Source of the DNA: Candidatus Hikarchaeia archaeon HikBin5
Lineage (GTDB): Archaea > Halobacteriota > Halobacteria > Halobacteriales > Hikarchaeaceae
Assembly (NCBI GenBank): GCA_009889625.1
Contig: WTZU01000002.1
Span: forward strand, 12,472 to 76,471
DNA: 64,000 bases
Direction of reading: 5' to 3'
The position numbers were made by a program, and so were the translations under genes. The notes under the pieces are model-generated. The model ran no database searches. It saw only the letters and a program-made list of their open reading frames with translations, and was not told the origin of the DNA. Below, one piece after another: positions 27,091-35,812 of this stretch. The first letter of the stretch is position 1. Each line of letters begins with the position of its first letter.

Positions 27091-28599
27091 ATGGTTGAAA
27101 ATAATCAGGAACGGGAAAATGAAAAATCTGTTGTGCTAGTGACAGGCGCCACGGGGTACATAGGAGGGAGACTTATAACGGCAATAGATAGCTCGAAATT
27201 TGATATTCGGTGTCTAGTGAGAAATCCAGATTATATTGAGAAGGGGATGATTGAAGATGTAGAGATATATCAAGGCGATATTTTAGATAAAGAATCACTC
27301 ATCCAGGCAATGGAGGGAGTAGATATTGCATATTATTTAGTTCATTCAATGGGGGGTGAAAGGGAAGATGATTTTGAAGAGATAGACAGAGTTGGTGCGA
27401 CTAATTTTATTGAATGTGCAGATGCGATGGGAATTAAGAAAATAGTTTATTTTGGAGGCCTAGGTGGAAATAATTCGAAGTTATCTCCCCATTTAAGAAG
27501 TAGGCACGAAGTTGGAGAAATATTTAGAACGGGGAGGGCCCAAATTATTGAATTACAAGCTTCGATAGTAATTGGTTCGGGGAGCATATCATTTGAAATG
27601 ATTCGGGCATTAGTTGAGAAATTACCAATCATGATAACACCTCGGTGGGTGGCCACACAGGCTCAACCTATAGCTATCGAAGATGTGTTGCAGTATCTAA
27701 AAAAATCGAGTGAGATCGAATTCAAAAGCAACCAAATTTTTCAGATTGGAGGGGCGGATGTGGTATCTTATGGAAAATTAATGGAAGAATACGCCGAACA
27801 ACGAAAACTGAAGAGAATAATGATAAAGGTACCAATCCTCACTCCACGGTTATCTAGTCTATGGCTAGGGTTGATAACTCCAGTTTATGCGCGGATCGGG
27901 AGAAAATTAGTAGACAGTTTGAGGAATACGAGTGTTGTGGAGAATGGAATTGCAGAAAATGTTTTTGCGATTCAGCCAATGGGAATAAAAGAAGCCATAT
28001 CGAGTGCAATGGTAAACGAAGATCGAGAGTTTGCTCAGACTAGGTGGTCTGATTCAGTTTCATCTTCGGGTTTGGACAGGAGGAACAATGGGGAATTCCA
28101 TGGATCTAGGGTTGTAGAGGTGAGAATGGAAAGAACCCATGTTTCTCCAGAGAGGGCATTTTATCCTGTGAAAGTGATTGGAGGAGAGAATGGTTGGTAC
28201 TATGCGAATTGGTTATGGAAAATGAGAGCATCCATAGACTTACTTGTTGGAGGGATAGGTATCAGACGGGGGAGGAAAAATCCATTTGATTTTGCAGTGG
28301 GAGAGACCGTGGACTGGTGGAGAGTGGAATCCTATGAAGAGGATAAACGGGTTAGATTTAGAGGCGAATTCAAACTTCCAGGTCGCGCATGGCTTGAATT
28401 TGAAGTAGAGAAGGAAGGGAGAGGATCGATTATACGGCAAACGGTGGAATTTGATCCAAAGGGCATATCCGGATTGTTGTACTGGTATGCACTACTACCA
28501 ATACATAGAATGATTTTCAAACGTATGTTGAAGAAGATTGCAGAGGAAGCAGAAGGAGAAGATGATAGAAAAAAGAGTAGCCTTATACAGAATGAGTAA
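27091..28599 (+). CDS. NAD(P)H-binding SDR/NmrA-like protein with C-terminal DUF2867-like domain
   Basis: VLVTGATGYIGGRL Rossmann motif. The large C-terminal domain has the pattern I associate with DUF2867 fusions. Confidence 0.65.
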   Translation: MVENNQERENEKSVVLVTGATGYIGGRLITAIDSSKFDIRCLVRNPDYIEKGMIEDVEIYQGDILDKESLIQAMEGVDIAYYLVHSMGGEREDDFEEIDRVGATNFIECADAMGIKKIVYFGGLGGNNSKLSPHLRSRHEVGEIFRTGRAQIIELQASIVIGSGSISFEMIRALVEKLPIMITPRWVATQAQPIAIEDVLQYLKKSSEIEFKSNQIFQIGGADVVSYGKLMEEYAEQRKLKRIMIKVPILTPRLSSLWLGLITPVYARIGRKLVDSLRNTSVVENGIAENVFAIQPMGIKEAISSAMVNEDREFAQTRWSDSVSSSGLDRRNNGEFHGSRVVEVRMERTHVSPERAFYPVKVIGGENGWYYANWLWKMRASIDLLVGGIGIRRGRKNPFDFAVGETVDWWRVESYEEDKRVRFRGEFKLPGRAWLEFEVEKEGRGSIIRQTVEFDPKGISGLLYWYALLPIHRMIFKRMLKKIAEEAEGEDDRKKSSLIQNE

Positions 28600-29713
28600 C
28601 TTTACGCATGATATCTATGGCTTTTTCTAGTTGAGTTGAATCTACAGTATATGCTATACGTGCACTTCCAGACCCTGAAGCTCCAAATGAACTTCCAGGG
28701 ACAACTATTACACCCTGATCAAGAACATTTTCTACCCACCCAGGAGGAACTGAAGGAAAAGCATAAAAAGCACCTTTAGGCAAGGGTACATCCAATCCCA
28801 TGTCGATTAGACCATCTACAAGGACATCGCGTCTTTGTTTAAATGTATTGACCATTTCGAAAAGGCCATCTTGAGGCCCAGATAGGGCTGCCAACGCCGC
28901 GTGTTGAGACACGGCACTAGCGCAGGCTTGGGCATATTGATGAATTCGAAGCATTTTATCAATTCGTTCGTGAGAACCGGCGACCCAGCCTAATCTCCAT
29001 CCGGTCATGGAGTAAGACTTAGAACAAGTATTGACAATCAAAACATTATTACATTTTGAAAATTCCATAGGAGACCTATGCGATCCTTCAAACACAAAAT
29101 GTTCATAAACTTCATCGGAGATGCAAAGGATATCGTAATCATCTGCAATTCTAGCAAATTCTTTCATATCAGCTTTTGATTGGACGCCTCCCGTGGGATT
29201 TCCAGGGGAATTAACAATAAAAGCGGCCACTCCTTCTGAAATAGAACTTTCTATAGAAGCAGGATCCATTGTTAAATCGTCGCGTAATTTGATAGGTACA
29301 GGAATACCACCAGATATATGGGTAAGTGCACGATAAGAAACAAACCCAGGATCGGGGATCAAGACTTTTTCACCGGGGTTCACATGGGCCTCTATAGCCA
29401 AGTGTAATGCCTCACTCCCACCAGCAGTGGCAATTATATTATCGGGGGAAATATCAAGAGAATTATCACGGGAATGCTTCTGTGAGATTGCACGTCTAAG
29501 GCTCAAAATTCCACTATTAGGAGTATACCTATCAGAATTGCCGTTTTGTATTGAATGAATTGCGGCGTCCCTTATATGGGAAGGAGTGGGGAAATCGGGT
29601 TGTCCAAGGCCTAGATTTATCGCATTGGGCCCTGCGGCATCGAACACTTTTCGGATACCACTGATAGAAACTGAATCTATCCGGGTGGCGAAATTTGTCA
29701 TATGGTAGATCAT
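28583..29713 (-). CDS. Class I/II pyridoxal-phosphate aminotransferase (aspartate aminotransferase-like)
   Basis: GQPDFPTP, NPGNPTG, and SKSYSMTGWRLGW (PLP lysine). The start may instead be the ATG at 29701. Confidence 0.85.
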   Translation of the reverse strand: MIYHMTNFATRIDSVSISGIRKVFDAAGPNAINLGLGQPDFPTPSHIRDAAIHSIQNGNSDRYTPNSGILSLRRAISQKHSRDNSLDISPDNIIATAGGSEALHLAIEAHVNPGEKVLIPDPGFVSYRALTHISGGIPVPIKLRDDLTMDPASIESSISEGVAAFIVNSPGNPTGGVQSKADMKEFARIADDYDILCISDEVYEHFVFEGSHRSPMEFSKCNNVLIVNTCSKSYSMTGWRLGWVAGSHERIDKMLRIHQYAQACASAVSQHAALAALSGPQDGLFEMVNTFKQRRDVLVDGLIDMGLDVPLPKGAFYAFPSVPPGWVENVLDQGVIVVPGSSFGASGSGSARIAYTVDSTQLEKAIDIMRKVTHSV

Positions 29714-29835
29714 CCAGCCAGGGAGAATAAACGTTGAGATCGAAAGGCATCAAATGGGAATTATATATATAGCAACATGAGATACATAAAAAAGTAGTAT
29801 AAAATGCCAAAAGAAGAAGACTAAGGCTTGTCTGA

Positions 29836-29985
29836 CTATTCCAAATCGATAGACACAAAACGGTAAGAACAAACAGGGCACATCCATTTAGTTTTTAACC
29901 CCGATTCTAATGAAGTTCGTGCAATTCGATGAAATGGTCGAATGCATTCACAAACATTACAATGAAGATCGCGGACATATACCAT
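29836..29985 (-). CDS. Small CPxCG-like zinc-finger protein (49 aa, hypothetical)
   Basis: My own translation: MVYVRDLHCNVCECIRPFHRIARTSLESGLKTKWMCPVCSYRFVSIDLE, with two CxxC pairs. It is below the ORF-track length cutoff. Confidence 0.4.
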   Translation of the reverse strand: MVYVRDLHCNVCECIRPFHRIARTSLESGLKTKWMCPVCSYRFVSIDLE

Positions 29986-30081
29986 TATAAAAATATAAAC
30001 TGAGGAGTTAGTTCAACGTTATGATAAAAAAATGCCGAACAAATTCAATAGTTACTTAAACCACATTCTCAAAAATAATCT

Positions 30082-30735
30082 GTGAACGAAGCCATAGAAT
30101 ATGCATCTATTGGCGGGCCATTGGTTGGAGTTATTTTAATTGGTTTTTTAATAGGAGTAGAACATACATTTGAGGCAGATCATATAATAGCGGTTTCCAC
30201 ACTATTGAGTCGAGAGTCAGAGAAAAGTCCGTGGAAGGTTGGAAGTGCATGGGGGATTGGGCATTCAGTGACAACAATGGTAATTGGGGCACTATTGCTA
30301 TTATTAAATATCAAATTACCAGGAAAAATATATGAAGTCGGGGAAATTGCAGTGGGAATCACTCTAATATATTTGGGATTAAAACATTTAGTGTTTAAAG
30401 AGGTAAGAAATGCCCATAAGCATACGCATGGAGGGAGATTTGGCCACCTAAACCCAATGCAAAAGTGGTCTGATTGGAGTTTAATGTCCATATCAGTGGG
30501 TGCGATCCATGGTTTTGCAGGGAGTGGATTTTTAATTTTATTACTGGTAACCACATCGGAAATGATAGAGGGAATTCTATTTTTGAGTTCATTCTGCGCA
30601 TCAATCATAATAATAATGGGGATTGTGAGTCAAATGTGGGGAAAAATCCAAAATATTCATCAAAAAATGGTAGGAAATATTGCAGGTAGTGCAAGTATAG
30701 TGGCAGGAATGTTGCTCATAATAGGATATATTTAG
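30082..30735 (+). CDS. Metal (Ni/Co)-transporter-like membrane protein
   Basis: GTG start. It has an HTFEADHIIAV (HxxxxDH) motif, GIGHS, a His-rich loop NAHKHTHGGRFGH, a second-half GAIHGFAGSG, and about 6 TM segments. Confidence 0.5.
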   Translation: MNEAIEYASIGGPLVGVILIGFLIGVEHTFEADHIIAVSTLLSRESEKSPWKVGSAWGIGHSVTTMVIGALLLLLNIKLPGKIYEVGEIAVGITLIYLGLKHLVFKEVRNAHKHTHGGRFGHLNPMQKWSDWSLMSISVGAIHGFAGSGFLILLLVTTSEMIEGILFLSSFCASIIIIMGIVSQMWGKIQNIHQKMVGNIAGSASIVAGMLLIIGYI

Positions 30736-30781
30736 AACGAAATGTCAAAATAAACAAACAGAAAAGACTAGAAGGGGGTTT

Positions 30782-31072
30782 TCAAGTGTTATTTCGGGGG
30801 ATGAGAAAAGTAAAAAGAGGATGGTAAATCAACCATACAATAAGAAGAAATCCAAATGTTGTCTGGAAATTTTTTGGTTCGTATAAAAATATCAAGATAG
30901 AGGCTATAGAGATTTTAAAAAAAAGGACATATAAGAAACCAAATATGTAGGATTGTTTTTTGGATAAGTGTCCCCAGGTTTTAAAAGAATAATAATCCCA
31001 AAATACCCCCATAGTAAGAGAGTGCGTTACAGCAAGATATAACTTTTGGGGATGAAGAACAAATATAGACAT
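30782..31072 (-). CDS. Hypothetical small membrane protein
   Basis: 96-aa hydrophobic ORF in an AT-rich spacer. No motif recognised. Confidence 0.3.
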   Translation of the reverse strand: MSIFVLHPQKLYLAVTHSLTMGVFWDYYSFKTWGHLSKKQSYIFGFLYVLFFKISIASILIFLYEPKNFQTTFGFLLIVWLIYHPLFTFLIPRNNT

Positions 31073-31224
31073 AAGGCCTATCTATCGATTATAGCATATA
31101 TATAAACTGTATGATGAGATATATAAAAATAAAATGAACTATTAACTTAGAAAACTCATATACTGGCGTAAAATAGAATAGTTAAAACGATGACCCTCCG
31201 TTCAGAAAGGGTAGTAAAAATCAT

Positions 31225-31752
31225 ATGAAAATATATACAAAGAGAGGAGATTCGGGACAGACAGACTTAGTAGGTGGTGAAAGGGTGACAAAAGACCACA
31301 CTAGAGTGGAGTCGTATGGCACTATTGATGAATTGAATTCAGCCATAGGACTGATATCCATAGAGAAATATGAAGACATGGCACAATATTTGGTTGAAAT
31401 TCAGAACCATTTGCATATAATTCAAGCCCAACTGTCACGGGTAGAAGAGGGAGAAATAAAGATAACGTCGAAGCATATTGAATTAATTGAAAATTGGATC
31501 GATGAATATGAGAAAGAATTGGAGCCACTTCATGCATTTATACTACCAGGAGGAAGTAAAGAAGGTGCCAAATTGCATCATGCAAGAGCGATATGTAGAA
31601 GGGCAGAAAGGAGATTGGTAACTCTTTCAATAGAAGGGGCAGAAGTGGGCAGATGCATAGAATACTTAAATAGACTGTCAGACGCCATGTTTGTATTTGC
31701 AAGATTGGTTAATCAACGTGAGAAAGTTGAAGAAATAAATCCATCTTATTAA
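31225..31752 (+). CDS. pduO: ATP:cob(I)alamin adenosyltransferase, PduO type
   Basis: MKIYTKRGDSGQTDL......V..YGTIDELNS and RAICRRAER motifs. Confidence 0.85.
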   Translation: MKIYTKRGDSGQTDLVGGERVTKDHTRVESYGTIDELNSAIGLISIEKYEDMAQYLVEIQNHLHIIQAQLSRVEEGEIKITSKHIELIENWIDEYEKELEPLHAFILPGGSKEGAKLHHARAICRRAERRLVTLSIEGAEVGRCIEYLNRLSDAMFVFARLVNQREKVEEINPSY

Positions 31753-31783
31753 TAGAGGTGGGAAATTAATATGCTTGTAAATA

Positions 31784-31857
31784 GGGTCGGTGGTCTAGTT
31801 GGTTAGGACGTCGCATTCACATTGCGGAGATCGCCAGTTCGAATCTGGCTCGACCCA
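31784..31857 (+). tRNA. tRNA-Val (anticodon CAC)
   Basis: Hand-folded cloverleaf: acceptor GGGTCGG/TCGACCC, D stem GTCT/GGAC, anticodon stem TCGCA/TGCGG with loop TTCACAT, T arm GCCAG-TTCGAAT-CTGGC, discriminator A. No CCA is encoded. Confidence 0.9.
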
Positions 31858-31862
31858 TTTTT
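31858..31862 (+). terminator. Oligo-T tract after tRNA-Val
   Basis: TTTTT immediately follows the discriminator base. Archaeal RNA polymerase terminates on T-runs. Confidence 0.35.
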
Positions 31863-31903
31863 GGTAGAAATTGAAAATATAGAGAGAAAATATCAAGCAA
31901 AAA

Positions 31904-32587
31904 TTATTCTTTGAATTCGGGTGCGTTTTCAAATTGTTCTAGATCGTTGAAGCCGAGTCCTAGGTGATTATAGATGCGTGCATTGCAGCAAAGTAGTCTT
32001 GCTGGTCGGTCTTCACTGGCATTTACATGCTGATGTGCAGTATTAGTCGGGATGAAGATTACATCGTTTGTTTCCCATAGGAATTTTTGAGGTTCTTTTG
32101 GCCATTCCCATATAACTTTGTCCCTCATGACAGCGGTTGGGTCCCAATGGAGATCATATCCCTCTCCATCTAAGACAAATACTAGTTCTTCGCTCATATG
32201 CCGGTGTTTACCTGATTTTCCTCCAGGAGGTATAACCTGCATATACAGATCGGTGTTGACTGCGCCAGTGGGGCCAAGATCCCTTTCCATTTTCTCATTG
32301 AGAAGCCATTTTATTTTACCTTGCGGAGAATCCTCCCATGGCATTTCTTCTGGTTTAATGATTTTATGAAGAGGTCCACGGGGGCCATGTTGAGAAAGTG
32401 GATTCTTTTTGGAATCGTCAAGGAATTCTTGGTAATGAGAAGTAGTAAGAGTTCCACGTTCCCATTCCTCCCGTTCATCCATGTGGATATAGTCGTCTGG
32501 AACCATTTCCTGGGTTCTTTTTCTATGACGAGGTATATGGTCGAATTCGTAATTATGAGGATCTTCAAATTCGGTGTTTTCAGACAT
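31904..32587 (-). CDS. Cupin-domain protein, small subunit of split-cupin pair, copy B
   Basis: GGKSGKHRHMSEELVFVLDGEGYDLHWDP and IFIPTNTAHQHVN. By eye it is roughly 60% identical to 9717..10319 over the core. Confidence 0.75.
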   Translation of the reverse strand: MSENTEFEDPHNYEFDHIPRHRKRTQEMVPDDYIHMDEREEWERGTLTTSHYQEFLDDSKKNPLSQHGPRGPLHKIIKPEEMPWEDSPQGKIKWLLNEKMERDLGPTGAVNTDLYMQVIPPGGKSGKHRHMSEELVFVLDGEGYDLHWDPTAVMRDKVIWEWPKEPQKFLWETNDVIFIPTNTAHQHVNASEDRPARLLCCNARIYNHLGLGFNDLEQFENAPEFKE

Positions 32588-32592
32588 GATTA

Positions 32593-33378
32593 TTATACAC
32601 CAGACCTCTGAGTTGCGGATTTAACTGCTGCCTCTTCCTTGGAGAGCATCTGTCGCATCTGTGCATATTGATCATGGTCCTCTTTGGAATATTCTTCTCG
32701 TCCAACATTCCAATCAAATGGTGGAACCCAATTGGGATCTTTTGCCCGGTCTCCAGGTGTATGTCTAACAGTTCCTTGATATACAAGATGTAAGAAATTA
32801 TAGATGGGGAGAGAGTTGTAAACTAAAAGGCGGCAGGGTTTATCGGGATCAACAGAATAATGTTCGTGGACACATCCACCATGAATCACGATTAAATCCC
32901 CCGCCTCCCAAATATATTCCTCTCCGTCGTGGATTTCATATCCTTTACCTTCCAATACATACATCATCGCTTCATTTTGATGAGAATGTTTTTTATCGTC
33001 CGCTTCAGGTGCAAGTACACGTTCCATAAGAGACATACTTTGAGTCCTTCCTTTCCAAGGGCGAACATAGGATCTTCCCCATGCTTTTGAACCCTCAAGT
33101 AGGGAATTTTCGGTTTTAGACTTGAGTGGGATTTCAGATCCTTTTACAATTCGTTTCGCAGGGTCCCTCAGTGCAGCCCAAACTTCACGGTTGTCAAAAT
33201 GGCGCTCTGCCATTTCTTGTATGAAAATCCTACGATTGCTGTATACCTTGTCTGCAGGGCAATCTACCGCCTGAATAGTTGTTGTGGCCCCGCCGTCTGC
33301 TCTTACTTCTAATAGACCTCTGTGCCGCTTCCCGGCATGATCCGGGTCAGAGGGATGTTTGTGGTTATTTATTGGCAT
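32593..33378 (-). CDS. Cupin-domain protein, large subunit of split-cupin pair, copy B
   Basis: KKHSHQNEAMMYVLEGKGYEIHDGEEYIWEAGDLIVIHGGCVHEHY. It is a paralog of 9005..9715 and keeps the same order relative to the small subunit. Confidence 0.7.
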   Translation of the reverse strand: MPINNHKHPSDPDHAGKRHRGLLEVRADGGATTTIQAVDCPADKVYSNRRIFIQEMAERHFDNREVWAALRDPAKRIVKGSEIPLKSKTENSLLEGSKAWGRSYVRPWKGRTQSMSLMERVLAPEADDKKHSHQNEAMMYVLEGKGYEIHDGEEYIWEAGDLIVIHGGCVHEHYSVDPDKPCRLLVYNSLPIYNFLHLVYQGTVRHTPGDRAKDPNWVPPFDWNVGREEYSKEDHDQYAQMRQMLSKEEAAVKSATQRSGV

Positions 33379-33417
33379 TTTCTATCCTCTATAATAGATA
33401 GTAGATCCTTTTTGTAA

Positions 33418-34629
33418 TTAAAGTTTTATTTTAAAAATATGTTTTATTTTAACTAAAACCAACAAGAAAATGTGAATGAATTCGCGCCAGACATAGAGGA
33501 TTAGTTGGCCAATTTCCCAAATTGGATTGAATTCTTGGGAACTGTCAGGAATAGTTTGTTTCTTTTGGTTCAATCGAATTGAATCCATTGAACCTTCTAA
33601 GGTATTGTTGTCGTTTTTTCCAAGTGAGGATGTTGAACTATTGGGTGATGAACTAGGGGGTTTTGATTCCAATTCTGCTTTTAATTCTAAAATTCGGTGT
33701 TCTAAATCTTTGATCCGGGAATTTTTAGAAGTTAATTCAGTTCTCAGAGTATCTGGATCCAATTCGGGAGGAGGGCCTTCAATGGATCGTAATTGTTCTA
33801 TGAGCTCATTTTGGTCAGATTTAAAATTTGGACGGATGGGATCTGCTTCGTGTGGAGTTGCACCTTCATCAAAGGTTTCTTTTTGCTTTAATAAAATTCG
33901 TCTAGTAGGTTCCCAATCTGTTGCTAAAAATGCTTCTCCAGTTTCGAGAGTGGAAATTTCATTTGCATAATTAGTTCCAAGTGTTTGACTAACTGCTTTA
34001 AAGTCTGTCGCCCATGTAAATCGATGCCAAACGGACCAGTTGCATTGAGTGATAAAATCTTTATCAACAGCAGAAGGCCTTTGGGATATTCCACAGATTC
34101 CGAGTCCGCGTTTTCTTCCTCTTTTGGCGATCCTAATGATATTTTGTGCTAACTTATCGACTCCTCCTTGTTGTGGAATGAATTCGTGTATCTCTTCTAT
34201 TATGATTAAAAACTGTTTTCTATGTTCTTTTTCTTTGTGAAACAGCAAAGTGACTACCTCGTTGATAATCGATTTTGCTTGGTCTGTTTCAAAAGTGGAC
34301 ACATCTAGAATGACAGGTGCCCCCTCAAGTAGAGCGTGGTCGGTGATTAAATCTACTCTATCCAATGTCAATTCTACATCAGACTCCTGTTGTTGACCCA
34401 TATGAATGAGTTCCTTGAATTGCTCTTTCAAGCCACGATATTCACCATCGGTATCGATGATCAAAAGTGGGCATCGATTCTTAAGGAGTTCTTCAATTAC
34501 CACACTAGCTGTGTTAGATTTCCCAGATCCAGATTTGCCTGTAATAAATCCACGTCCAGTGAGAATGGAAGTGATGGGAAGGGTGATACCATCCTCAGTT
34601 ATTGTGATAGTTGTGGAATTTTGGGGCAT
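33418..34629 (-). CDS. HerA/FtsK-like P-loop ATPase (DUF87-type) with coiled-coil and C-terminal hydrophobic anchor
   Basis: Walker A GKSGSGKSNT and Walker B FLIIIEEIHEF. A coiled-coil (IKDLEHRILELKAELES) is followed by a Ser/Pro-rich linker and the terminal hydrophobic helix IGQLILYVWREFIHIFLLVLV. Confidence 0.7.
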   Translation of the reverse strand: MPQNSTTITITEDGITLPITSILTGRGFITGKSGSGKSNTASVVIEELLKNRCPLLIIDTDGEYRGLKEQFKELIHMGQQQESDVELTLDRVDLITDHALLEGAPVILDVSTFETDQAKSIINEVVTLLFHKEKEHRKQFLIIIEEIHEFIPQQGGVDKLAQNIIRIAKRGRKRGLGICGISQRPSAVDKDFITQCNWSVWHRFTWATDFKAVSQTLGTNYANEISTLETGEAFLATDWEPTRRILLKQKETFDEGATPHEADPIRPNFKSDQNELIEQLRSIEGPPPELDPDTLRTELTSKNSRIKDLEHRILELKAELESKPPSSSPNSSTSSLGKNDNNTLEGSMDSIRLNQKKQTIPDSSQEFNPIWEIGQLILYVWREFIHIFLLVLVKIKHIFKIKL

Positions 34630-34697
34630 TAAATAGGAAGTTTTTGGGCGCCATGTATATAGCCTTCCCTCTACTGGAATATAAGAGAGAATAAATT

Positions 34698-35213
34698 ATG
34701 AAAGGTTTCAAAAAGAATAGGAGAATGGGATCAAAAGGTGGGAAAATAAAGATTCCAACAGGAAGTATAGAAATTTCAAAAGGAATTAGACAGATAGTAA
34801 GGTCAATTGGCTTATTAGGAGCAAGTAGATTTGGAAAGCTTGGATTTCAGATAGGGCTATTTACTGTTATTTTTGCATTGGCAGCAGTGGGATTGGTGGA
34901 ATTGGTAGAAGGAAGGGCCGTGGGAAGTGACCAGAGGTTAGGGTTTTATGTTTTGTTTAGTTCAATATTATTTATATTTACTATTTACTCGATAGAAAAG
35001 GCAAAGCGGAGGGATGGGTTTGATGTAATGAAAGTGGTGATTGCAATTACAATCGTTGGATTCATTATAGCATCGCTTTCAGGAGAGGGATTGATCAGAG
35101 TTGTTCAAGGGGCAGGATATACATCTCAAACATATGTCTATTTAATCACAGGAGGCTTGGTTTTTTCAGGAGTGAGTTATTGGGCAATACGGCACTGGAA
35201 AGAATATACATAA
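34698..35213 (+). CDS. Hypothetical 4-TM membrane protein
   Basis: 171 aa with a basic N-terminus and four hydrophobic segments. It is divergent from the ATPase across a 68-bp spacer. Confidence 0.5.
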   Translation: MKGFKKNRRMGSKGGKIKIPTGSIEISKGIRQIVRSIGLLGASRFGKLGFQIGLFTVIFALAAVGLVELVEGRAVGSDQRLGFYVLFSSILFIFTIYSIEKAKRRDGFDVMKVVIAITIVGFIIASLSGEGLIRVVQGAGYTSQTYVYLITGGLVFSGVSYWAIRHWKEYT

Positions 35214-35221
35214 AGGGGGCA

Positions 35222-35809
35222 CTACCATTGAGTTCCTATTTTTTGCCGTGCCCGCACATACTCGGAATGGGTATTCCAACGAATTGATGTGTTGACGTGT
35301 TCGACCGTATAAGGCGATCCACACTTGCGACAACGATAGTAATTGAAAGGGTGAGTTACTGTTTTAGATGCACGGTGTCGAGTGGTTTCCCAATGGCAAT
35401 TTTCATTTGTGCAAATTAAATAGAATCGCGGGGGACAAAATTCATCGCATCGGAGGGGTGCATCTAATTGCTGGGCTTTTTGTTTGAATAAAGAACCATG
35501 AGAGGTTGAACCATATGTTTGATATTCCCATACGTGGATTAATTCGTGGCGTATGATTCCCATAAATTTTTCCCAGCCATAAGCTTGGAAAGCTTTCCAT
35601 GTGAGAGAAATTATAATATCAGGAGAACCGTGTGTGAATTTGCAACAAGCTGCTCGTTTTGTCGCGTGGCGAGAGATAGTCCAATGAATGACAGAGAGGT
35701 CAATAGGTAATTGGATTGTTTTGGAATATTCAATTGCTTGATCTATTAATTCTGAAGGTGTATTTGGGCAGGAGTTGAATGAACAGTCTATGATCGACCC
35801 CATTCCCAT
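35222..35809 (-). CDS. SprT-like zinc metalloprotease with C-terminal zinc ribbon
   Basis: HELIH (HExxH) inside an SprT-like N-domain. C-terminal CTNENC...CRKCG zinc ribbon. Confidence 0.75.
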   Translation of the reverse strand: MGMGSIIDCSFNSCPNTPSELIDQAIEYSKTIQLPIDLSVIHWTISRHATKRAACCKFTHGSPDIIISLTWKAFQAYGWEKFMGIIRHELIHVWEYQTYGSTSHGSLFKQKAQQLDAPLRCDEFCPPRFYLICTNENCHWETTRHRASKTVTHPFNYYRCRKCGSPYTVEHVNTSIRWNTHSEYVRARQKIGTQW

Positions 35810-35812
35810 GAT

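Noticed and set aside
29532-29858. 108-aa minus-strand ORF overlapping the aminotransferase start.
   Set aside because: It overlaps a well-supported gene and the better small zinc-finger ORF. The translation is Cys/Leu/Ser-rich low-complexity sequence without motifs.
31100-31224. ATGATGA (C-box-like) and short hairpins upstream of the adenosyltransferase gene; a possible C/D sRNA or cobalamin riboswitch.
   Set aside because: No CTGA D box occurs at the expected 50-70 nt spacing, and there is no B12-box-like core. AT-rich promoter sequence is the simpler reading.
31784-35213. A tRNA-Val-adjacent genomic island or provirus hypothesis (duplicated cupins, ATPase, membrane protein).
   Set aside because: The window has no integrase, no recognisable repeat of the tRNA 3' end (att site) that I could spot by eye, and no capsid or replication genes. 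I kept only the weaker note that the cupin copy abuts a tRNA.
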